From NCBI GenBank assembly GCA_945873925.1, contig CAMCES010000002.1, forward strand, positions 13,700 to 77,699: 64,000 bases of DNA, read 5' to 3'. This document shows, in pieces, positions 1-7,697 of the stretch (its first letter is position 1; each line of letters opens with the position of its first letter). Origin of the DNA: Bordetella parapertussis. GTDB lineage: Bacteria > Pseudomonadota > Gammaproteobacteria > Burkholderiales > Burkholderiaceae_C. The translations under genes and the position numbers were made by a program. Below the pieces are notes generated by a model. It was not told where the DNA came from, ran no database searches, and saw only the letters and a program-made list of their open reading frames with translations.

Positions 1-174
1 GACGAGTCCTTGAACGATGCCTTCTTACAAGGCGCGCAAGCGCAGGGCATGGTGCAGTTGCGCGGCCACCGATCCGCCGGTGGCATGCGTGCATCGATTT
101 ACAACGCCATGCCACTGGCCAGTGTTCAAACCTTGGTGAACCACATGCACCAGTTTGAAAAGGCCAACCGCTGA
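1..174 (+). CDS. serC: phosphoserine aminotransferase, C-terminal fragment (5' end outside window)
   Basis: Frame 1 reads ...[38 protein letters not shown], then TGA at 172-174. [17 protein letters not shown] is the conserved SerC C-terminal signature. There is no start codon in the window, so it is absent from the ORF track. Confidence 0.8.
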   Translation, partial: DESLNDAFLQGAQAQGMVQLRGHRSAGGMRASIYNAMPLASVQTLVNHMHQFEKANR

Positions 175-181
175 AGACATC

Positions 182-2806
182 TTAACCACTCAGGCCTTGA
201 GCGGCTGTTGGCAAACCCAGCGCAAAGCGCGCTGCACGCACCACGCTGGCGGCATCGACCTCGAAAAACGCTCGCAACTCGGCACGTGTGTCGCTGCGGC
301 CGAAGCCATCGGTGCCCATGGTGATGTAGCGGCGATTGGCTGGCAGAAAGGCGCGGATGCTCTCGGGTACGGCTCGCACATAGTCGGTGGCGGCCACGAT
401 CGGGCCTTGCCTGGCTGATAACTGCTGTTGCACAAACGGGGTTTGCGCAGGCTTGCCAGCCATGGCCAAGTGTTCTTGCTGCTGCCCGTCTCTGGCCAGT
501 TCGCTCCAACTGGTCACACTCAACACCTCGGCGGCAATGCCTTGCACTGCCAGCTGCTGGGCCGCCAAGATGACCTCGCGCAAGATCGCGCCCGAACCCA
601 TCAAGGTCACACGCGGTGCATCTGCAGCCAAGCCTGATGGCGCAGCGGCAAAGCGGTAACAGCCTTTGAGCAATTCCGCGCGAACACCGTCGGGCAGGTT
701 GGGTTGCGCATAGTTTTCGTTCATCAAGGTCACGTAATAAAACACGTCCTGCTGGTCGATCAGCATGTCACGCATGCCTTGGTCGATGATGACCGCCATC
801 TCGCCAGCGAAAGCTGGGTCGTAGGCCTTGCAATTGGGTATGGTCGCGGCGACCAAGTGGCTGCTGCCGTCTTGGTGTTGCAAGCCTTCGCCACCCAGGG
901 TGGTACGACCAGAGGTTGCACCCAGTAAGAAACCACGGGCACGTTGATCCGCTGCGGCCCAAATCGCGTCGCCGACACGCTGAAAGCCAAACATCGAGTA
1001 GTAGATATAAAAAGGCAGCATCGCCAAACCATGCACGCTGTAGCTGGTGGCCGCCGCGGTCCAACTGGCAATTGCACCGGCTTCACTGATGCCCTCTTCC
1101 AAAATTTGGCCGTCCATGGCTTCGCGGTAGCTCAGCACCGAGCCAATGTCTTCGGGCTCGTATTTTTGACCCACGCTGGAATAGATGCCTACCTGTTTGA
1201 ACAGGTTCGCCATGCCAAAGGTGCGGGCCTCGTCAGCCACGATCGGTACGATGCGCGGCCCCAGCACCGGGTCTTTCAGCAATTGCCCCAGCAGGCGCAC
1301 AAACGCCATGGTGGTGGACATCTCTTTGTCCTGCGCTTGCAGCGCAAATTGCCCGTAGCTCTCTAACGCGGGCACAGCCACTGTCGCGGCGTCGGTGTGC
1401 CGCTTTGGCAAGTAACCCCCCAATTGCTGGCGACGCTGTTGCAGGTATTGCATCTCAAGGCTGTCATCCGCCGGTTTGTAAAACGCCAACGAGGTGGCTT
1501 GCTCGTCGCTCAAAGGCAGGTCAAAGCGGTTGCGAAAGGCCAGCAAGGCCTCGTCGTCGAGCTTTTTTTGGCTGTGGGTGGTCATCTTGCCTTGGCCAGC
1601 TTGACCCATGCCGTAACCCTTTTTGGTGTGGGCCAGGACCACGGTGGGCTGTCCGGTGTGGCTCGCCGCAGCCGCGTAAGCCGCGTGCACCTTGACCAGG
1701 TCATGACCGCCGCGTTTCAAGCGGTCGATTTGTTGATCGGTGAGGCCTTGGGCCAATTGCGCCAACTCTGGGTTTTGACCAAAAAAACGGTCTCGGTTGA
1801 AGCGCCCATCTTTGGCCGCAAAGGTTTGCATTTGACCGTCTACCGTGTGGGCGAATGCGCGGACCAGGGCTTGCTGGGTGTCTCTGGCAAACAAGCCATC
1901 CCAATCGCTGCCCCAAACCAGCTTGATCACATGCCAGCCCGCGCCGCGAAACAGCTGCTCGAGCTCGTCGATGATGCGGCCGTTGCCACGCACCGGACCA
2001 TCGAGGCGTTGCAAATTGCAGTTGACCACCCAGACCAGGTTGTCGAGCTTTTCACGAGAAGCCAGGGTCAAGGCGCTCATGCTTTCGGGCTCGTCCATCT
2101 CACCGTCGCCAAACACACCCCAAACTTTGCGGCCCTGGCAGTCTTGCAGCTGGCGGTGTGTCAAATAGCGCATGAAACGTGCGTGGTAAATCGAGCTGAT
2201 CGGTCCCAGTCCCATGGAGCCGGTGGGGAACTGCCAAAAATCAGGCATCAGCCAAGGGTGGGGGTAGCTCGACAGCCCCCGGGCACCGTGCTGGGCAGCG
2301 CTCAACTCTTGGCGGTAATGGGTCAAATCGCTTTCGCTCAACCGACCTTCCAGGTAGGCCCGTGCATACACGCCGGGTGCGCTGTGCGGTTGGAAAAATA
2401 CCAAGTCGCCACCGTGCCCGGCATGCCGTGCGTTGAAGAAATGGTTGAACCCCACCTCGAACAAGTCAGCCGCGCTGGCGTAGCTGGCAATGTGCCCGCC
2501 GAGCTCGCCATAGGCTGCGTTGGCCCGGGCCACCATGGCCAAGGCGTTCCAGCGCATGAGCGCAGCCAGCTTCTCCTCGATGGCCAGGTCGCCGGGATAG
2601 GGTTGTTGGCTCTCCACCCGTATGGTGTTGATATAGGGTGTCACCAGCTGCGGCGACCAGTTGATTTGGGCTTGGTGGGCCATGGCCACCAGTTGGTCCA
2701 ACAAGTAGCCTGCGCGTTCGGGTCCATGCAGGGCCACCACGCTTTGGAAGGCTTCTCGCCATTCGGTGGTTTCCATCGGGTCCAGGTCGGTGGTTCGTTG
2801 CAGCAT
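182..2806 (-). CDS. pyruvate dehydrogenase E1 component-like protein (homodimeric AceE type), second orphan paralog
   Basis: The 874-aa ORF aligns end to end by eye with the canonical AceE at 27941-30652. It keeps the ThDP signature GDGEMDEPES...NCNLQRLDGPVRGNG and the N-terminal DLDPMETTEWREAF segment. No E2 or E3 gene is adjacent. Confidence 0.85.
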   Translation of the reverse strand: MLQRTTDLDPMETTEWREAFQSVVALHGPERAGYLLDQLVAMAHQAQINWSPQLVTPYINTIRVESQQPYPGDLAIEEKLAALMRWNALAMVARANAAYGELGGHIASYASAADLFEVGFNHFFNARHAGHGGDLVFFQPHSAPGVYARAYLEGRLSESDLTHYRQELSAAQHGARGLSSYPHPWLMPDFWQFPTGSMGLGPISSIYHARFMRYLTHRQLQDCQGRKVWGVFGDGEMDEPESMSALTLASREKLDNLVWVVNCNLQRLDGPVRGNGRIIDELEQLFRGAGWHVIKLVWGSDWDGLFARDTQQALVRAFAHTVDGQMQTFAAKDGRFNRDRFFGQNPELAQLAQGLTDQQIDRLKRGGHDLVKVHAAYAAAASHTGQPTVVLAHTKKGYGMGQAGQGKMTTHSQKKLDDEALLAFRNRFDLPLSDEQATSLAFYKPADDSLEMQYLQQRRQQLGGYLPKRHTDAATVAVPALESYGQFALQAQDKEMSTTMAFVRLLGQLLKDPVLGPRIVPIVADEARTFGMANLFKQVGIYSSVGQKYEPEDIGSVLSYREAMDGQILEEGISEAGAIASWTAAATSYSVHGLAMLPFYIYYSMFGFQRVGDAIWAAADQRARGFLLGATSGRTTLGGEGLQHQDGSSHLVAATIPNCKAYDPAFAGEMAVIIDQGMRDMLIDQQDVFYYVTLMNENYAQPNLPDGVRAELLKGCYRFAAAPSGLAADAPRVTLMGSGAILREVILAAQQLAVQGIAAEVLSVTSWSELARDGQQQEHLAMAGKPAQTPFVQQQLSARQGPIVAATDYVRAVPESIRAFLPANRRYITMGTDGFGRSDTRAELRAFFEVDAASVVRAARFALGLPTAAQGLSG

Positions 2807-2934
2807 GGTGGTTTTCTCAATAAAGTCTTGGACAGTAATTTAATCTGTCATCATCAAAATAAGGTGTTTAATATCACTTGAAATGATCAATAAACAGCAT
2901 AAAATACTGAAAATTTAAAATAAAAGGTATTTAA

Positions 2935-3402
2935 ATGCTTTTAGACACGGTCGACTACAAAATTTTGGCTCAGTTGCAAGAGAACAGTTCTTTGACCAAT
3001 GTCGAGTTGGCCAGGCGGGTGCATTTGTCGCCTTCACCTTGCCTGGCGCGGGTCAAGGCCCTGGAAGCCGCGGGCGTGATTCAGCGCTATGTCGCGCTCA
3101 CCCAGCCTCAAGCCCTGGGTTTGGGCTTGAACGTGTTCATCTCCATCAGCCTCAAAGAGCAGTCCAAAGCAGCACTCGCCGAGTTTGAGCAACGGATTGC
3201 CGAGCATGACGAGGTGATGGAGTGTTATTTGATGACCGGCGACTCGGACTACCTGATTCGGGTAGCAATTGCCGACATGACTGCTTTGGAAAAGTTCATC
3301 CTGGATCAACTCACCCCGATTCCCGGGGTGGAAAAAATCCGCAGCAGTTTTGCGCTCAAACAGGTGCGCTACAAAACTGCTTTGCCCCTGCGCCAGGGCT
3401 AG
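2935..3402 (+). CDS. Lrp/AsnC family transcriptional regulator
   Basis: 155 aa. The N-terminal HTH is [43 protein letters not shown]. The C-terminal ligand-binding region ([15 protein letters not shown]) is typical of Lrp/AsnC. It is divergent from the E1 paralog across an AT-rich 128-bp gap. Confidence 0.9.
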   Translation: MLLDTVDYKILAQLQENSSLTNVELARRVHLSPSPCLARVKALEAAGVIQRYVALTQPQALGLGLNVFISISLKEQSKAALAEFEQRIAEHDEVMECYLMTGDSDYLIRVAIADMTALEKFILDQLTPIPGVEKIRSSFALKQVRYKTALPLRQG

Positions 3403-3414
3403 CAGCCAAAGCCC

Positions 3415-3858
3415 TCAACGTTTGCTGGCATTGTCGATGGCTTTTTTCAGGTCCAGGTACTGTTCACACTGAATCCCACATATTTTTTCGAGTGAGTCCA
3501 GCAAGGCCTTGGCCTTTTCAAGCTCCTTCAGCTGCACATACGCTTGCCCCAGGTATTCATGGGCGCCCCGGTGTTGGGGGTCCAGTCGCAAAGCTTCTTG
3601 GTAATTTTGAATGGCTTCAGGGTAGCGCTTGGCATTGCGCAAGCTATAGCCCAAGAGGTTAAAGCCTTCGGCATCGTTGGGATTGGCTTTGACGTATTTC
3701 TCCATCTTGGCGATCGACGCAGCCCAGTCTTTTTTCTCAATTTGGCTTTGGGCCTGACCCAATTCAGATCCAGCGGGAGCAGCACCGCCCAAATTGGCAG
3801 CAAAAGCGGGTGCGATGGCAATCGACAGGCTGACTAAGCCCATGAGCAGCTGGGACAT
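3415..3858 (-). CDS. periplasmic tetratricopeptide-repeat protein
   Basis: 147 aa. A signal peptide (MSQLLMGLVSLSIAIAPAFA) is followed by TPR-like repeats (AEGFNLLGYSLRNAKRYPEAIQNYQEALRLDPQHRGAHEYLGQAYVQLKELEKA). AGGAG lies 8 nt upstream of the ATG. Confidence 0.7.
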   Translation of the reverse strand: MSQLLMGLVSLSIAIAPAFAANLGGAAPAGSELGQAQSQIEKKDWAASIAKMEKYVKANPNDAEGFNLLGYSLRNAKRYPEAIQNYQEALRLDPQHRGAHEYLGQAYVQLKELEKAKALLDSLEKICGIQCEQYLDLKKAIDNASKR

Positions 3859-3886
3859 GGCGGCAACTCCTGAAAAAAAAAGAATG

Positions 3887-4540
3887 TTATCGCTTCATCA
3901 TGTCGGTGCGCAATAGTTTCATCAACAACAACCATTCGCCAGCGTTTTGCACCGTGAAGGTGAACCGTTCTTTCATGCCGTTGTTCATCTCGATCTCATG
4001 CCAGTTTTGGAAGAATGAAAAACCAGTCTTGCGCATAGCGGTATCGGTGAAAGAGATTTCGATGTGGATGAATGAAATGTCTTCATGGCTGTCGAAAGAC
4101 TTGAAGTACAAACCGTCCGAGAGCAGGTAGAGCACGCCAGTGGGCAAAGAGAAGCGGCTGGCGGTGTTGGCTGGGCCGTAAGCAATGATGGTTTTATTGA
4201 TCAGCTCCACGGGAATGGACTGCTGGATGATTTGGCCGATATCGCGGGCTTTGTAAATCGAAAACAACACACCCGCCAAAAGAATCCCTGAGGCATAGGC
4301 ATTGTGTTGGGTAATGATGAAAACCAGCGCAGCAACAAACAAAAAAGGCATCAACAGGTCAAATTTCATTTCCCAGGGGCCCCTGCAGATCAACAGGGAA
4401 CTGTTGTCCAGGGTGTTGGCCAAAATCATCGGCGAGATGTTGCTTGGTTTTTGTGTTTGTACATGCGGCAGCTGTGAGCCACAGTTTTGGCAAAAAACAT
4501 TCTCGCTGGGGTTGATGAAATAGCAGCTGGTGCAGATCAT
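3887..4540 (-). CDS. zinc-ribbon membrane protein with C-terminal PH/GRAM-like domain (function unknown)
   Basis: 217 aa. The N-terminus MICTSCYFINPSENVFCQNCG is CxxC-x10-CxxC. Two hydrophobic helices follow (FDLLMPFLFVAALVFIITQ / ASGILLAGVLFSIY). The C-terminal ~100 aa (GVLYLLSDGLYFKSF...ERFTFTVQNAGEWLLLMKLL) has a PH/GRAM-like pattern. Confidence 0.6.
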   Translation of the reverse strand: MICTSCYFINPSENVFCQNCGSQLPHVQTQKPSNISPMILANTLDNSSLLICRGPWEMKFDLLMPFLFVAALVFIITQHNAYASGILLAGVLFSIYKARDIGQIIQQSIPVELINKTIIAYGPANTASRFSLPTGVLYLLSDGLYFKSFDSHEDISFIHIEISFTDTAMRKTGFSFFQNWHEIEMNNGMKERFTFTVQNAGEWLLLMKLLRTDMMKR

Positions 4541-4549
4541 GGGAGCCTC

Positions 4550-5626
4550 TCAATGACCTTCGGCAGCTGGGTCTTTTGCCTTGCCAGCACCGCTGCTTGT
4601 GGCTGGCTGCTGGCTAGCACTGTCGGCACCGCTGGCACCGCTTTGACCGAGAAAGTTGTAGATCGCCAAAGAACTGAGCACCATGGTCAGGCCACACAAC
4701 AGGCCAATCACAAAGACCATGAAACTGCTGCTGTCTGCGGCTTCTGCTTTGCCGCTGTCACTGGCCTTGCGTGAGGCAAAAGCTTGGCTATCTGCTTTCT
4801 TGTTCAGCTCTTGCAACTGTTTTTTCAAATCGGCAACCGACACAGCCAACGGCGCGAGATGCTGCTCCAGACCTACGGTGGCAGCGGCATGGATTTTCAG
4901 CATGTCTTGCACCTGAGCCAGGTCAGCCGCATGCGCGGCGCCCATGTTGTCGGTGATTTGTGTTGTATTGGCGGCAAAGGCTTTTTGGATTTCAACTTTT
5001 TGCTTTTCCAGCAGCAACTTCCAAGCTTCTGGAATTTGACCTGCACTGGCCTGCGAGGAGGATTCGTTCAATTGGTTTTGCAGTTGAGCCAAACGTTGAG
5101 CAGATTCAGCTTGCCTATCGAGCAGGTCATGCAACAGGTTTTCAGCCGGATTGGGCTGGGACAGCTGGTGGGATTGTTGTTGGGCGGCCAGGGATATGAA
5201 GTCCAGCAACAGCGAGTGCTTCTCCAATGTTTTTTTGAATTCAGCCTGTTGTTGCTCCACCCGTGATGGCCATTCAGCATCATTCAAGCCGGCCGTAGCG
5301 GCTGACTCGGTGTGGGGCTGGTCGGTTGCCAATGGCATAGGCGACGGCAACGGTTTCAAATTGAGGTCTATGTGCAGCAGGCCCTGGTCAGGCAAGGTGT
5401 GAACAGGCGACGGCGCCAGCTCGATCACCAGGTCTTCAACGCGCTCCGACAGCACTGTCAGGGCCTCCTGCGACGCAGCGTCCGGGGTGGCTTGTGCGCT
5501 GTCGGTGGTTTCTGGTGGTTCGGATTGCGCGGCTTTGGCTGCTCTTTTCACGGGCGCGCCGCACTTGCCACAAAACTTGGCTGTGACTGAAATCGGTTTT
5601 CCGCAGGCTGCGCAATCCATGTTCAT
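4550..5626 (-). CDS. zinc-ribbon, coiled-coil, C-terminally membrane-anchored protein (function unknown)
   Basis: 358 aa. The N-terminus MNMDCAACGKPISVTAKFCGKCG is CxxC-x10-CxxC. An acidic/Pro-rich low-complexity stretch and a Gln/Leu-rich helical region follow. A single TM helix (FMVFVIGLLCGLTMVLSSLAIYNFL) lies 32 residues from the C-terminus. Confidence 0.6.
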   Translation of the reverse strand: MNMDCAACGKPISVTAKFCGKCGAPVKRAAKAAQSEPPETTDSAQATPDAASQEALTVLSERVEDLVIELAPSPVHTLPDQGLLHIDLNLKPLPSPMPLATDQPHTESAATAGLNDAEWPSRVEQQQAEFKKTLEKHSLLLDFISLAAQQQSHQLSQPNPAENLLHDLLDRQAESAQRLAQLQNQLNESSSQASAGQIPEAWKLLLEKQKVEIQKAFAANTTQITDNMGAAHAADLAQVQDMLKIHAAATVGLEQHLAPLAVSVADLKKQLQELNKKADSQAFASRKASDSGKAEAADSSSFMVFVIGLLCGLTMVLSSLAIYNFLGQSGASGADSASQQPATSSGAGKAKDPAAEGH

Positions 5627-5639
5627 GACCTATTTGTAT

Positions 5640-6164
5640 TCATTCGACCGAATAGATTCGGCATGGGGAGTATTTTCCTGAACCGGCGTGGTGTTCTTCA
5701 CACTCTCTGAGCACAATTTCCTCTGCAGCCGCCTGCCCTTTGTCCGTGTAGGCATCTGCGCAGAAGGCGGTTTCGCCATCAAAGCTATATACAAAAGCTT
5801 TAAAGGGCTTATCTGGGTATTTCTTTCGGGTGAAACGCTCAAAAAGCTTTTTGCACTTACCAAACAAGGGAGGTCGATACAACGAGGCCAGGGATGAAAA
5901 GCGATTAGGGCTTGGCGTTTGCTCGGCTGACTCGTCGGGTGCTGGGCCTGGTTGCTCATTTGAACTGGCACTGACAGGCTCGGATTCGCCAGAGGATGCG
6001 CCGAGCGAAGTTGGCTCCGGCGCTTGCACCTGGGCAGTTTCCAAAGTGACAGGTTCTGCAGGTGCGGCGGAACGATTCGCGATCGAATTCGAATAAATGA
6101 ACACGGGTACCGTGACCATGGTCATCGCCATTGACAGGAGCAGATACTTGGTCATTGCAGACAT
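5640..6164 (-). CDS. secreted or membrane-anchored protein with small C-terminal 4-Cys domain (function unknown)
   Basis: The ORF track extends to 6269. I prefer the ATG at 6164 (or 6155), which gives MSAMTKYLLLSMAMTMVTVPVFIYSNSIA, a signal-peptide-like start. A Pro/Glu/Ser linker follows, then ...CADAYTDKGQAAAEEIVLRECEEHHAGSGKYSPCRIYSVE. The start is uncertain; 6251 is also possible. Confidence 0.5.
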   Translation of the reverse strand: MSAMTKYLLLSMAMTMVTVPVFIYSNSIANRSAAPAEPVTLETAQVQAPEPTSLGASSGESEPVSASSNEQPGPAPDESAEQTPSPNRFSSLASLYRPPLFGKCKKLFERFTRKKYPDKPFKAFVYSFDGETAFCADAYTDKGQAAAEEIVLRECEEHHAGSGKYSPCRIYSVE

Positions 6165-6405
6165 TGTGGGCGAATTGGCTTTGGTCGTGAGATGGGTTGT
6201 AGCAAACTTTACTTCTGAGTGAATCGGACGAAGTCTGTCCCTCTTGAGCATTTTGCCTGTCCCAGGCACTTCATTGAATTCTCAGGTTTCGTGCTTAAAG
6301 TGTTGATTGCATTTTCAAAATTCAATCCCATTTGTGCAACTCTTGCCGGTATTGGCGTTAAGATGTGGGCTCTCAAGACCTCACAACCATTCCCAGGGAA
6401 TTTTC

Positions 6406-6789
6406 ATGTCCGAGCCAATTACACAGCAAAGCAACCTCATCATTGGTGAGGGAGTGACCTTCACTGGTTCCATTTCAGCCCCTGGCAAAGCAAGCATCAA
6501 CGGCAGTGTCTCCGGCGAAGTGACCGTCAAAGACCTGCAGATTGGCCCCAAAGGAAGCGTCTCAGGTCAAATCATTGCCCAAGTCATTGACGTGCATGGG
6601 CATATGGCCCAAAACATTGTGTGCCATGACCATATCCTGATCCACCGCAGCGGCACCGTGGTGGGCAATTTGGACTACTCTGAAATTGAAATCGAACGTG
6701 GTGGTCAGTTCAAGGGGCAAATGAACCAGCATGCCCGGGGCGAGACGCCTTCTTTGCATAAAGCCAAGATGGAAACCAAAAAATCCTGA
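6406..6789 (+). CDS. bactofilin family cytoskeletal protein, copy 1
   Basis: From the ATG at 6406 the product is MSEPITQQSNLIIGEGVTFTGSISAPGKASINGSVSGEV...VVGNLDYSEIEIERGGQFKGQM. These are repetitive beta-helix windings with Gly at the turns, and the I-x-I-E-x-G-G-x-F-x-G ending is typical of bactofilin (DUF583). Confidence 0.85.
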   Translation: MSEPITQQSNLIIGEGVTFTGSISAPGKASINGSVSGEVTVKDLQIGPKGSVSGQIIAQVIDVHGHMAQNIVCHDHILIHRSGTVVGNLDYSEIEIERGGQFKGQMNQHARGETPSLHKAKMETKKS

Positions 6790-6853
6790 AAATCTGTCAT
6801 CTGCCAAGCGCGGGTTCGCGTTATTGAGGTACCGATTGCTACCGGAACCCCGA

Positions 6854-7045
6854 ATGAACAAGTCAGACCAAGCGATTTTTGACCCCGTTGTCGAGATCGA
6901 CCACCGCTACCAACAACTTCCCTCCGTCAACAGCCCTATTCGCAACACCTTTGAGCGACTGCGCTCGCAGTTGGCCCAAGAGGCTGAACAAAAAAGCCGT
7001 CCGGTTTCTCGCTTGTACTCTGGCTTCAGAGCAGTCAAGGCCTGA
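6854..7045 (+). CDS. small hypothetical protein (63 aa) downstream of bactofilin
   Basis: An internal ATG at 6854 in ORF 6731-7045 gives MNKSDQAIFDPVVEIDHRYQQLPSVNSPIRNTFERLRSQLAQEAEQKSRPVSRLYSGFRAVKA. The SD is weak and I recognise no family. Confidence 0.35.
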   Translation: MNKSDQAIFDPVVEIDHRYQQLPSVNSPIRNTFERLRSQLAQEAEQKSRPVSRLYSGFRAVKA

Positions 7046-7122
7046 CCCCGCGCTTTACACGCTCGGTTCAGCGCGGCCAGCCCGCCTTGCAGGCTCAGGA
7101 TGCGCTCCGACTATCATCGGTG

Positions 7123-7695
7123 ATGGCCATTAAATCAACAGTTTACAAAGCGCACCTTCAAATTGCAGACATAGATCACAACTACTATGCTGATCATGCA
7201 ATCACCCTGGCCAGGCACCCCAGTGAAACCGATGAGCGCATGATGGTGCGCTTGGCCGCACTCTCGCTCAATGCACACCAATGCCAAGATATGTGCCAAG
7301 GCGATGCGGTGTTGGCTTTTGGTGCTGGCTTGTCTGACCCAGATGACCCAGATGTCGCCTTAACCGATTACACCGGCCGCAATCGCATTTGGATCGAAGT
7401 GGGTCAACCCGATGAAAAACCTTTGCAGCGGGCCTGCAGCAAATCAGACCGGGTGCTGGTTTATGCGTTTAACCATGCGGCCGAGGTGTGGTGGAAGTCG
7501 ATTGAAAACAAGATCAGTCGCATGGACAAACTGGGTGTGGTGCGCATCCCCACTGAGGCGTCTCAAGGCATGGCGGCCATGGCCGAGCGCAGCATGCAAC
7601 TGCAGGTCACGGTCCAAGAAGGTGCCATGACCCTCAGCAGCCAATTGGGCAGCGTGCATTTCGAGCCCTTGATTTGGCGTAACGCCAAGGATTGA
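7123..7695 (+). CDS. yaeQ: YaeQ family protein
   Basis: MAIKSTVYKAHLQIADIDHNYYADHAITLARHPSETDERMMVRL closely parallels the E. coli YaeQ N-terminus (MALKATIYKA...LTLARHPSETQERMM). The start is moved to the ATG at 7123. Confidence 0.85.
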   Translation: MAIKSTVYKAHLQIADIDHNYYADHAITLARHPSETDERMMVRLAALSLNAHQCQDMCQGDAVLAFGAGLSDPDDPDVALTDYTGRNRIWIEVGQPDEKPLQRACSKSDRVLVYAFNHAAEVWWKSIENKISRMDKLGVVRIPTEASQGMAAMAERSMQLQVTVQEGAMTLSSQLGSVHFEPLIWRNAKD

Positions 7696-7697
7696 AG

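Noticed and set aside
1397-2881. 494-aa ORF on the plus strand opposite the E1 paralog
   Set aside because: It is entirely antisense to a gene with strong AceE homology. Its Arg/Gly/Ala/Leu/Val-rich, domain-free translation is typical of shadow ORFs in G+C-rich DNA.
3873-3881. A9 tract (T9 on the coding strand) between the zinc-ribbon/PH gene and the TPR gene
   Set aside because: It is intergenic, has no preceding stem and lies upstream of the AGGAG of the next gene. It is most simply a spacer, and no phase-variation consequence can be argued.
7048-7076. Hairpin CCGCGCT-(15 nt)-AGCGCGG after the small ORF downstream of bactofilin
   Set aside because: The loop is large and there is no trailing T-run. 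It cannot be distinguished from chance in G+C-rich DNA.
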